Origin: Candidatus Woesearchaeota archaeon | GTDB lineage: Archaea > Nanobdellota > Nanobdellia > Pacearchaeales > GW2011-AR1 | DNA length: 64,000 bases | Direction: 5' to 3' | Assembly: GCA_964612895.1 (NCBI GenBank) | Contig: CAZTFL010000001.1 | Coordinates: 510,223 to 574,222 of the forward strand | Shown: in pieces, positions 44,039 through 53,700 of the stretch | How positions within the stretch are numbered: the stretch's first letter is position 1 | How the letters are laid out: the number at the start of each line of letters is the position of its first letter | The notes under the pieces: generated by a model | Told to the model about the DNA's origin: nothing | The model's database searches: none | Seen by the model: the letters and a program-made list of their open reading frames with translations, nothing else | Translations under genes and position numbers: made by a program

Positions 44039-44677
44039 ATGGAAGATATATTTTCTTTTAAAGATATTAAAAAAAAAGATTTTTTAAATATTATAGTAGA
44101 TTTTAGGGAAAAGAATTCTATGGTCCCGTCTTATTTAATTAAATCTGGAGTAAATGTTATATTTGAAAATTTAGAAATTGGAGATTATATTGTTGGTGAC
44201 ATTATTATAGAAAGAAAGAGCGCTAATGATTTTTTCTCAAGTATATATTCTGGTCACTTAAAAGAACAAATGAAAAATATGTTTATGTGTGATAAAAAAG
44301 TATTAGTCATAGAGGGGATTTTTGATTATAAAAATTTCAATAAAAAAGTATTTTGGGGTTTTTTTAAGACTTATTCAATTTTATTTAAGATTCCAATTCT
44401 TGTAGTATTTAATGAAAAGGACTTTTCAGATTTTATAATATCTTTAGTATCTAAAAAGAAATCATTAAATAAAAATAGATATAAAAAAACAAAAAAAACA
44501 TTGTTGGAAAAAAGGATATTCTTTTTAGAGGGGATTTTTGGTATTGGAAATAAAAGTGCAATGGAATTATTAAAAAAATTTGGTTCAATAAAAAACATTA
44601 TTAATTCAGAGAAAGATGATTTGTTATTGATTTTAAATAAAAATGTTTGTAATGAATTTTTTTCAGTTATTAATTAA
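44039..44677 (+). CDS. ERCC4 (XPF/Mus81/Hef) nuclease with C-terminal HhH2
   Basis: IVDFREK, GDYIVGDIIIERKSANDF (GDxn-ERKxxxD), and GIFGIGNKSAMELLKKFGSIKNI. Confidence 0.85.
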   Translation: MEDIFSFKDIKKKDFLNIIVDFREKNSMVPSYLIKSGVNVIFENLEIGDYIVGDIIIERKSANDFFSSIYSGHLKEQMKNMFMCDKKVLVIEGIFDYKNFNKKVFWGFFKTYSILFKIPILVVFNEKDFSDFIISLVSKKKSLNKNRYKKTKKTLLEKRIFFLEGIFGIGNKSAMELLKKFGSIKNIINSEKDDLLLILNKNVCNEFFSVIN

Positions 44678-44718
44678 TTTGTAAAAAGGTATTTAAAGTT
44701 ATTTTTTTTAATCTAATT

Positions 44719-45210
44719 ATGGCATTATTCGCACAAGATTTTTTGTTAGAGATGGTTCTTCCATTTGTTTTGTTATTTGTTGTGACTTTTGCTGTTCTTG
44801 AAAAGTCTAAATTATTAGGAGATGCTAAACATCAGATAAATGCTTTAGTTTCGATGGTATTGGGAGCTATGCTAATATCGTTTCCTACTCCAAGAGATAT
44901 TATGGTTTCTATTTTGCCTTGGTTCTCTGTAGGAATAGCTGTTCTTTTAGTTTTCTTTTTATTATATGGTTTTTTTGGAAGTGATTTATCAAAAGGTGCT
45001 CCAAAGTCAATAAAAATAACACTTGGAATAATGACTGGAATATTTACATTATGCGTTGTTATATTTACAACTGGTTTAGATAAGATTATTTCGAGATGGG
45101 CTGGTGCAAATTCTCAGTTTTTTTTAAATTCATTTATTGTTTTAATTGTTATAGGAGTAATCGTTTGGGTTATATTAAGCTCAAAAGGACAAAGCAGTTC
45201 TAGCTCTTAA
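44719..45210 (+). CDS. Small polytopic membrane protein, paralog family A
   Basis: LPFVLLFVVTFAVLEKSKLLGDAKHQ matches the 32459 and 32943 products. Confidence 0.45.
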   Translation: MALFAQDFLLEMVLPFVLLFVVTFAVLEKSKLLGDAKHQINALVSMVLGAMLISFPTPRDIMVSILPWFSVGIAVLLVFFLLYGFFGSDLSKGAPKSIKITLGIMTGIFTLCVVIFTTGLDKIISRWAGANSQFFLNSFIVLIVIGVIVWVILSSKGQSSSSS

Positions 45211-46481
45211 TTCATTATTCCGTCCCATTCTTTACATATTACACTTTTTTTACTTTGTTCATCAGTAAAATAGTTGGTTTTTTCTTTAGAAAGTATATTT
45301 AGAGACTCTCCGTTATTCCATTGATATAACATTAATTGAGTTATTGACTTACTATTAGTATCTTCATTACGATTCCCGGTCCAAGTTGTTGTTGTTATAA
45401 AAAAATCTCCTTTATTCATATCTATTATTTCTGGAAATCTCATGACTTTTGTATTGTATTGCATTGGAATTATAGTATTAGTATTTTTAAAATAATTAAA
45501 TTTGTTATTTGTAAAAGTATAATTAGCTATAAAATCTTTAATTGTGATTTTTTTATCATCATTAGTTTTACAAATAAAATTTTCTTCATCAGCTTCTTCG
45601 ATTGTATTATATTCTTTAATTTTTCCATTTGATGAGTTAATTATTGCAATAACTTTTTCACTTATTGTTATATTATATTCTTTGTTCGGAAGCATATATC
45701 TACTTACTCCAGTTATTCCAGGGCTAGCTGTATTTGTCGTTATTTTTTCTTTTAAAAGGAGATTAGTTTCTTCATTATTACATTTAATTTTATAGGTTTT
45801 TTCATCAGTTTTAATATCACCTTCTTCATATTCTATTTCAAAAACTTCATTTTGATTCATTAAATTTTTAGCGCTACTTACTGCTTCATCGTAACTTTGC
45901 ATGTCTTGTGTATTTACATCAACTATTGAAAAAGAACTTCCATAAAATCCGGATGCTATTATTGGATTTTTACCATTTGTTGTTAAATATTGTTTGTATG
46001 TTATTCCAGGTTGTACTTCGTTATTCATAGCATCTTTTACATTAATTACATTTTCTTCTTTATTATAGTAATCTAATACTTCTTCAGCAAAATGGATTCT
46101 TGCGCAAGACATACATACCGTATTTGACGCAAAATAATTAGATGTAAATATATCATAATTTCCTTGTCCCATTATATACCAGCATTCTGCAATTTTGTCC
46201 ATGATTACTTTAGTTGCTATAGTTTTATTTTCGTAATCAATATTAATTGTATCAGTTTTACATTTTAGTGGGTAAGAATTTTTAAAATCTTTATATGCGA
46301 TACCCGCAATATTTACTCTAGGCAATGTATTTCTTAATAATATACTTTGTTTGCATACTTCAGAGTTTATGGATTCTTCATTAAAGTATTCTTGAAAAAT
46401 CCAATACAAAACAATTGACATTACCATTACAGACAATATTATAGAAATTATCCAATAAGAATATCCTCTTTTATTTTTCAT
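45207..46481 (-). CDS. Large pilin-like or secreted protein with a class III-type signal
   Basis: MKNKRGYSYWIISIILSVMVMSIVLYWIF, then about 390 aa of unknown fold. Confidence 0.5.
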   Translation of the reverse strand: MKNKRGYSYWIISIILSVMVMSIVLYWIFQEYFNEESINSEVCKQSILLRNTLPRVNIAGIAYKDFKNSYPLKCKTDTINIDYENKTIATKVIMDKIAECWYIMGQGNYDIFTSNYFASNTVCMSCARIHFAEEVLDYYNKEENVINVKDAMNNEVQPGITYKQYLTTNGKNPIIASGFYGSSFSIVDVNTQDMQSYDEAVSSAKNLMNQNEVFEIEYEEGDIKTDEKTYKIKCNNEETNLLLKEKITTNTASPGITGVSRYMLPNKEYNITISEKVIAIINSSNGKIKEYNTIEEADEENFICKTNDDKKITIKDFIANYTFTNNKFNYFKNTNTIIPMQYNTKVMRFPEIIDMNKGDFFITTTTWTGNRNEDTNSKSITQLMLYQWNNGESLNILSKEKTNYFTDEQSKKSVICKEWDGIMN

Positions 46482-46612
46482 AATTTATTTAGTTTATTTA
46501 TATTTAATAATATATTGTTTTGGGAATAAAGATATATAATGATAAATATTGAGGTGTTAGATTAATTAAAAATTTTAGAAAAATTTATATAGTGAATTGA
46601 TTATTTTGTTTT

Positions 46613-46618
46613 GAGGTG
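46613..46618 (+). promoter_or_regulatory. Shine-Dalgarno-like site GAGGTG
   Basis: Located 3 nt upstream of ATG 46622. Confidence 0.45.
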
Positions 46619-46621
46619 TTT

Positions 46622-46948
46622 ATGGATAGTACAATTCTTAATTATTTAACAGAATACAGAACTAAGTATAATATTGATGATTTAAAAAAAGAAGTATTAT
46701 CTAAAGGATATTCTGAAATGGAATTTGATGATGCTTTAAACGAGTTAAAAAAACAAGATTTATTTATGAATTCTAAAAATAATTTTAAATATAAAAGTCT
46801 TGGAGAAAATCTTGTATCAAAAAAGAAAAAAGGTAAAGGATTTGGAATAATTTTTAGCGTTTTTATAATAATTGTTTTATTGATAGTTATTTTGAATTAT
46901 TTTGATATTAATATTTTTGGGTTTAATATTTTCGATTTTCTTAAATAA
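46622..46948 (+). CDS. Small tail-anchored membrane protein with an N-terminal helical domain
   Basis: ORF with GYSEMEFDDALNEL and a C-terminal TM. ATG 46622 is preferred over GTG 46616. Confidence 0.4.
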   Translation: MDSTILNYLTEYRTKYNIDDLKKEVLSKGYSEMEFDDALNELKKQDLFMNSKNNFKYKSLGENLVSKKKKGKGFGIIFSVFIIIVLLIVILNYFDINIFGFNIFDFLK

Positions 46949-46987
46949 ATTATAAAGGTTTATAAATATAATTTGTTTTGTTTTTCT

Positions 46988-46995
46988 AAGGTGAT
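46988..46995 (+). promoter_or_regulatory. Shine-Dalgarno-like site AAGGTGAT
   Basis: Located 2 nt upstream of ATG 46998. An identical octamer precedes ATG 50702 and ATG 56207. Confidence 0.5.
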
Positions 46996-46997
46996 TT

Positions 46998-47549
46998 ATG
47001 GATAAAAAAATAAAGAATATTATTTTTTTTATGAGTGTTGTGTTGTTTTTGTTTATTTTGAGTTATTTTTCTATTGGTTTCTATTATAAGACAAATGAAA
47101 AATTTTTTTTGAATAAAATTGATTCTGCTGATTTTGAAATAAATAGGAATACTAATTTATATTATAGTAACGGTTTGTGGAATTTTACGGGTGTTAGTCA
47201 AGAAGATATGCAACTATTTATTAATGTAATAGATGAGTGGAATACTACTTGTTTTAAATATTCATATTTTTTAGATAAGAATATTGATAAATTTAAGCAG
47301 TCAAATGATGTTTTAATTAGACGTAATAATTTTATAGATTCTTTTTCTGATAAATATTTTAAAAATGAACGTTTATTTATATTTTTAGAAATGGGATTAA
47401 ATGATTCATTGGATGTATATGAGTCAAATACTATTTTTTACTCTGCGAACGTTTCGGTATATGATGTGTCTGCAATAGATGATGCCATGTATTATTTACC
47501 GAAAGTGGATCCATTAAAAATCATAAAAAATGGAGAAGATATAATATGA
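46998..47549 (+). CDS. Hypothetical membrane-anchored protein
   Basis: ORF with an N-terminal TM; its stop overlaps the next start. Confidence 0.4.
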   Translation: MDKKIKNIIFFMSVVLFLFILSYFSIGFYYKTNEKFFLNKIDSADFEINRNTNLYYSNGLWNFTGVSQEDMQLFINVIDEWNTTCFKYSYFLDKNIDKFKQSNDVLIRRNNFIDSFSDKYFKNERLFIFLEMGLNDSLDVYESNTIFYSANVSVYDVSAIDDAMYYLPKVDPLKIIKNGEDII

Positions 47550-50500
47550 TTAATAAAAAAAATATTTATTTACTTTTTTTTCTATTTTTTACTTTAATGT
47601 CTTTTGTTAGTAGTAGTTGGACTCCTTATGAAGCAGAAGAACATTGCTATATTGGACATACATGTCAAACATGTAAGGAGCCTTTTGTAGTTCAACAGAC
47701 TTGTACTAGATATAGAACAATTCCAAATACTTGTGTTAGTTATCTGAAAGTCCCTAAGACTTGTACTAGATATAGAACAATTCCAAAGACTTGTAGTGGT
47801 TATAGGAACATCAAATATGCTTGCACTAAAACTAGAACAGTTTCAGGTATTTGCTATGGTCCTCGTGGTCCTTATAATTGTCCTAAGCAAGAAGAGTATG
47901 AAGGGGAATGTTCTTATTCTGATTATTATGAATATGACTGTTCTACACAAGAATCTTATGAAGAGGATTGTTCCTATATGGAACCCTATAGATATGACTG
48001 TTCTACACAAGAATCTTATGAAGAGGATTGTTCTTATATAGATTTTAAAGATTATAAATGTAATTGTGAATGTAATTCTCCTACAACTTCTGCAGAAATT
48101 AATACATATAACAATATTTTAGAAAATCTTGGTATTACAGATCAAGGTTATGATGATTCTGGTAATTATATGAATTGTGGAGAAAATATTTTTAATAATG
48201 ATGTTGGATATTGTACATATAGTCAAGATAATTGTAAACCTGCTGGTTATGAATGGAATAGTAAAACTGGGGTTTGTGGTTATTCTGAAACTCAATGTAT
48301 TGCTATAGGTGGAGATTTCGGGAAAAATGGATGTGAAGTTAGTGTTAAGGATTGCGAGAAAAGAGGTGGTACTGTTACGGGAGGATTTTGTAAAGCTTCT
48401 GTTACAGAACGAGATTGTATAAATAATGGATATTTATATAATACTGATACTAATACATGTAGATATACTAAGACTCAATGTATTGATCAAGGATATGGAT
48501 GGTTGTCTATAGAAGGATATTCTGGAGGAGGAAGGTGTTCTGTTAAAAAAGAAGATTGTCCAACGTCATACTTTTATAATAATATTTGTTATTCTGAATG
48601 TCCAAATTTTAATAATGAGACACAGGTATGCTATTCTGAATGTCCTAAAAATAAAGAATTTAATGGTAAATATTGTACAGAAATTATTACTATTAGTGAT
48701 GGAACTTCCAATGTAGATCCGTGTATTCCAAAAACAAAAGAAAAAGCTTGTGGTAATGTACAGTGTGGCCAAACTGTTAGCGATGGTTGTTTTGGGAATA
48801 TTATTTGTGGTCCATGTACTAATAATATTGATATTTGTATGCCTGATTATAAATGTTGTACTCCTTATCAACCAGATACACATTGTGGAGATAAATATGG
48901 AACTTTTAATGATGGTTGTACTAGTAATTATTCTTGTGTTTGTAATGGAATTTCAGAGTGTGCTCATGATGACAAATGCTATAGCTCTGGAACTATTCTC
49001 GATTCTGATAAAAATGGAGATTTAGAAATATGTTCTTATTCAAAATGGAAAGATTTATCTTTAAGAGTAGATTTTGTGTTCCCAACTCCATATAATGAAT
49101 TATGGGTTTCAAAATTTGATATAATAAAAGCTAATATCAATCAATCATTTTTTAATAATTTAATTTTTTATTTTAATAAAGATGTAAAAATTCAAATTAA
49201 TTTATCGTCTTTAATATTTGGAGCTAGTTTCGATTCTGGTACGGATTTTTTTGATTGGATCAATAATAAAGAAATAATTAGTCATGGAGATATTAGTTGG
49301 GAACAAAATGGAATTTATGGCGGCGCTTTATATTTTGACGGAACTGGGGATTATTTAAATATTTTAGGTTGGAATAATAGATTGGATAATGATGATTCAA
49401 AATCTGTTATAGATGACGGATTTAAATACAATATTCCTAATAAAGAAATTAAAAATTCATTTTCGTTTGGAGCTTGGATAAAAGCTACAGAAACTCATGA
49501 AATAGATACTGAATCTATTATCGGAACATCTGGAACAAGTGGTCAGAAATATATTTTTGAAGCTAATCATGGAGGAGAAAATGCTGGTGCTGGATTATCT
49601 GTTGGGACGAATGGAATATCTGTTTATGAACATGGAAGTAGTTATATGCCAGCTTCGGCTGTCTATGAGGGTAATCTTGGAACAAATTGGAATTATATAA
49701 TGATTATTTACGACAATAAAAAGCCTAAAATATATTTAAATGGTGAATTGGTTAAAACAGGTCCTCTTCCTTCTATTCGGTCGAATGTTTATGCACCTAC
49801 TTCTATAGGATCTGGTTATTATGGCTCATTCAAAGGAAATGTTGATGAAGTTAGGATTTTTGATAGAGCATTAAGCCCTGAAGAAGTAAAATCTTTATAT
49901 TTATCAAATATTAAAAAAACATCTGAAGATAAATGGGAATTTAGTGTTCCTATGAATAGTAGTAATATGTCTTATGACTATAAAGAATATAATATAACGG
50001 TATGTGACCCAGAGAGATGTGATTCTGAAAAGGGATTTTTTTATTTAGTAGAAAATAATGTTCCAACAATTAAAGTTGTAGAATTAAATAGTAGTGTTTC
50101 TAATGAGAAAATATTTAACATTACTAATATTGGAGATGTTTCGTTGTCGTATGAAGCTATTGATATACTTGTTGATAATAAAGATATTATTGCTATGAAA
50201 AATGTATTGTCTTCATCAGTAAAAAATAGCGAAAATCCAAAAGTTATTAAGAAGGGAGATAGTTATTTACTGAAATTAGTATTTAATTATTCAAATGTAA
50301 CAGAAAGTGGTAAGATAATTTTCGAGGATTATACCACAATGGAATTATCAGAAAATTCAGAACAATTATATATTTCGTATGGAGGTATAACGCTTAATTT
50401 TATTTTAGATAATGAAATATTCTATAAACAGAAAACAAATTTGATGTATTATGTGGATTGTTTAAATAATAGTGATAGTAAATTCTTAATAGGAGAAGAT

Positions 50501-50650
50501 GATTATTATTGTTCTTGTAATAGCATCTGTAAGAAAGGAAAAATTTGTCCATGTTTAGAAATGTTCCCAGCGAGTGCGATTCATGTTTTGAGGGATGGTT
50601 ATTTTGTTAGAATATTTTTTGATGCAAGAAAAACTGGGTCTATATTTTAA
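47546..50650 (+). CDS. Secreted Cys-rich surface protein (1034 aa) with a LamG/ConA-like domain
   Basis: Signal peptide, about 450 aa of Cys-rich repeats, LamG-type GGALYFDGTGDYLNI...FSFGAWIKA...GNVDEVRIFDRALSPEEVKSLY. The C-terminal module is shared with the next gene. Confidence 0.7.
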   Translation: MINKKNIYLLFFLFFTLMSFVSSSWTPYEAEEHCYIGHTCQTCKEPFVVQQTCTRYRTIPNTCVSYLKVPKTCTRYRTIPKTCSGYRNIKYACTKTRTVSGICYGPRGPYNCPKQEEYEGECSYSDYYEYDCSTQESYEEDCSYMEPYRYDCSTQESYEEDCSYIDFKDYKCNCECNSPTTSAEINTYNNILENLGITDQGYDDSGNYMNCGENIFNNDVGYCTYSQDNCKPAGYEWNSKTGVCGYSETQCIAIGGDFGKNGCEVSVKDCEKRGGTVTGGFCKASVTERDCINNGYLYNTDTNTCRYTKTQCIDQGYGWLSIEGYSGGGRCSVKKEDCPTSYFYNNICYSECPNFNNETQVCYSECPKNKEFNGKYCTEIITISDGTSNVDPCIPKTKEKACGNVQCGQTVSDGCFGNIICGPCTNNIDICMPDYKCCTPYQPDTHCGDKYGTFNDGCTSNYSCVCNGISECAHDDKCYSSGTILDSDKNGDLEICSYSKWKDLSLRVDFVFPTPYNELWVSKFDIIKANINQSFFNNLIFYFNKDVKIQINLSSLIFGASFDSGTDFFDWINNKEIISHGDISWEQNGIYGGALYFDGTGDYLNILGWNNRLDNDDSKSVIDDGFKYNIPNKEIKNSFSFGAWIKATETHEIDTESIIGTSGTSGQKYIFEANHGGENAGAGLSVGTNGISVYEHGSSYMPASAVYEGNLGTNWNYIMIIYDNKKPKIYLNGELVKTGPLPSIRSNVYAPTSIGSGYYGSFKGNVDEVRIFDRALSPEEVKSLYLSNIKKTSEDKWEFSVPMNSSNMSYDYKEYNITVCDPERCDSEKGFFYLVENNVPTIKVVELNSSVSNEKIFNITNIGDVSLSYEAIDILVDNKDIIAMKNVLSSSVKNSENPKVIKKGDSYLLKLVFNYSNVTESGKIIFEDYTTMELSENSEQLYISYGGITLNFILDNEIFYKQKTNLMYYVDCLNNSDSKFLIGEDDYYCSCNSICKKGKICPCLEMFPASAIHVLRDGYFVRIFFDARKTGSIF
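47698..48038 (+). repeat. Two pairs of 60-nt-period direct repeats in the Cys-rich 5' region
   Basis: GACTTGTACTAGATATAGAACAATTCCAAA(T/G)ACTTGT occurs at 47698 and 47758. ATATGACTGTTCTACACAAGAATCTTATGAAGAGGATTGTTC occurs at 47932 and 47992. Confidence 0.85.
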
Positions 50651-50710
50651 TGATTATTAAAATTTATAAAGTTAAATTTATACAAATAAATAAGGTGATT
50701 TATGGATAAG
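50606..50710 (+). repeat. 105-nt block (3' end of gene, spacer, RBS, start of next gene), copy 1
   Basis: Nearly identical to 56111-56215; the 51-nt spacer differs at one base. Confidence 0.9.
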
Positions 50711-53700
50711 AAAGTTGTTTGTTCTTTATTATTATTTTGTTTTCTATTTGTCTTTGTAAGTTCATTAGATGAAAGAATGACTTATAGTGTTATAGATGCC
50801 AAAAGTTCTAAATTTCAAGCATCTTGGACTATTGCAAAAAATTGTGGTAGTGAATGTCAGCCTTCAGATGCAAATAATTTTATTCCATATAATAGTGTAG
50901 AATTGGATAAAATAAAATCATATAATGTAGGTATTAGCAGGAATTGGTATGATGTAATTGGTAATAGTGATTGGAGTTCTTCTTTAAACATGGCTAATTA
51001 TAGAAATGCTAATTATAATGGAGAGCCAGATGCGGGAAAGTATTCAAATGTTTTTGTTAAATATCAGTTTGATATTAATGATATTGGTTCGGACTTTGAT
51101 AAATTGTTTATTATTGGTAATTTTAAAGATGATCCGAGTTATACGAATTATGGTCCACAAGTTTATTTTTTAAAAAATAATAATTGGGTTGTTTCGGATG
51201 GTTATTCTAATGATTATTTTAAAACAATTAATAAAATGGATTTAAATGATTTTAAAGATACTGATGGAAAAATAAATATGTTAATTAGGGCCGATTTACG
51301 ATATACAAAGCCAAGTTCAAGTTGTGCATTTGTTTATAGTTATGATGGGGAAGAATATATTCCAGAGTTTGCAATTGCAGATAGTTCTGCTCATAAATTA
51401 TGGGAATCTGAAAGTTATGGATTATTACCCAGCATAAAAAATATAAATGGGAAATATACTTTGGCTATTTTAGAAAAAGTTTTAGAAACTCAATATATTG
51501 ACGATTTTAAGTTATTAAGAGTTATTCATCCGGATAATTCTTGGGTAATTCCAAGTAGATTAGGTTCTTTGAATTTATTTAATGAGAAAATATTGCCAAT
51601 TTCTGTTTATGATAGCCTTGGAAATTCTTATTTATTTGAAATGAATGATAATGATAGTGAATCTTTTTGGATAACTGAAGGAGAAAAAATAAATGAATTA
51701 AATGAAGATAATTTAACATTTAAATTCGATTTATCTGGTTACGAAGAAGATAATTTTAATTTAGCATTCAATATAAAAGAAAGTGGTAGACTTTCTAATG
51801 TTTGGATTGATATTGTGACTGCAGTAGAAGGTTATAATAAAAAAGGATATTCTATTTTAAACAAAAATTTAGGTTTATTTTATGAAATTACAGATTGGAT
51901 ATTAAGAAGGGCTCCAGTTTCTATTTATCAAAAGAAGTCAGATGGAAGCTATGAGCTTATAGAATCTTTCATTTCAGGGAATACAGAATTCTTTCATACA
52001 TTTTCGGTTAATTTTGAAAAAGATTCCGATTCTATCGAAATTGTTTTTTCTGTACCTCCAGGAATATATCAAATAGATAATGTTTATCTCTCAAGAGATT
52101 CAAATTCAAAAATAAAAGTTATTGAATTAAATCCAAAAGTGATTTCTAATAATAAAAATATTTCAAATTCAGAGATACAAAATAAAATATCAAAAGAAGA
52201 TTGGAATTATTTTAATTTGAGTTATGATGAAAATGTGGTTCTTGAATTTTATAGTGGACAAGAATTAAAAGAAGGAGAAAGTGAAAGTATTTTAGTTAAA
52301 ACAAATGCTTATTCTGAAACATATTCTAAAAATGACGATAATTCATCTTTTGATGGAAAGAATTTAGGATTTGTTTATAATATGTTGAATTCAGAAAGTG
52401 GTTATGATAAAGAATATTTATTTAATGAATATGGTTCAATAATTCCTTACTCAAAACATATTGACTCAACAAATAATATTTCTCATAATACATTTTGGGA
52501 CGATTATGTAGGTTTGATTATTCCAACTAAAGGATTTTATAATTTTATTTATAAACAGGTTGATGGAACAGGCGATATATCAATTTATACAACATATACA
52601 TATAAAGGAGATTATTCTCTTTGTAGTTCTCAATTTTCTTGTGTTTATAACGGAATATGTTATGAAACAGGAAGTGTAAAAGATTCTGATGGTGATAAAA
52701 AAAATGATATGTATTGTGATAGGGGAATATGGAAAGATAGAGATTTGAGTCAGAGTTTTTGTGAGGTTAAAAAAGATATTGCTGTATGGAATATTTTAGG
52801 AAATGCAGATGATAAAAATGCTTGTTGTGGAGACGATTCAAATAATGAGAATTTAATTACTTCAAGATATTTAGGAGGTATTTTTCTTTCTTGTTGTAAA
52901 AATCCTACCGATTGTACATATAATGGAGTATGCTATAATAAAGAAGAGAAAACTCCGGATGGATATTTTAAATGTGTGGATGGTAGTAAGTGGGAATTCA
53001 CTGCTGGTAATATTATGGGAACGGGTACTCTTTCAAATCCTTATATTATATATGATTGTAATCAATTAAATTCTATAGGTAAAAGTAGTTATCTTACTTT
53101 ATCTTCTCACTATACTTTGAATAATAGTATTAATTGTAATTCTGTTAATTTTTTCCCAATTGGAAATTCTTTAATGCCTTTTATTGGTTCTTTAAATGGA
53201 AATGGTTATAGTATAGAAAATTTAAATATTTCGGCTGATTCAACTATTAATTCTGGATTATTTGGAGTTATGGGAGCAGGAGCTGTTGTTAAGAATGTTC
53301 ATGTAGTAAATGCTAATATAGTTGGTTATAAAAATGTTGGAGGAATTGTTGGTATGTTAAAATCAGGTGCTAGTGTAATAAATTGTTCTTTTAATGGAAT
53401 AATTACTGCAAAATATTTATATGAAGATGGGTCTGGAACTGTAATAGAACGTGAAGTTGTTTCTGAAAGTGGATCGAGTGGTTCTTCTTATTTTGATACT
53501 CATTTATATTTCTGGGAAAGCGAGGAGAGTGGTTGTAAAAGAACAGGTGGATCTTATGTAGGCGGTACGTGCTATGACGGTTGTAATTATGAAGTAGGTG
53601 ATAAATGCTATTCATCTTGTCCTTATGAATATGATAATAAATGCTATGAGAAAGAGTGGGAATATAAAGTAGATGATACTTACTATAATGATGATGATTT

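Noticed and set aside
45207-45210. Convergent genes whose stop codons overlap in the palindrome TTAA.
   Set aside because: This is a trivial consequence of tight packing and there is no evidence of function.
47796-49025. Track ORFs 47796-48041 (+), 48566-48883 (-) and 48750-49025 (+).
   Set aside because: They are alternative-frame or antisense ORFs inside the 1034-aa Cys-rich gene and have no features of their own.
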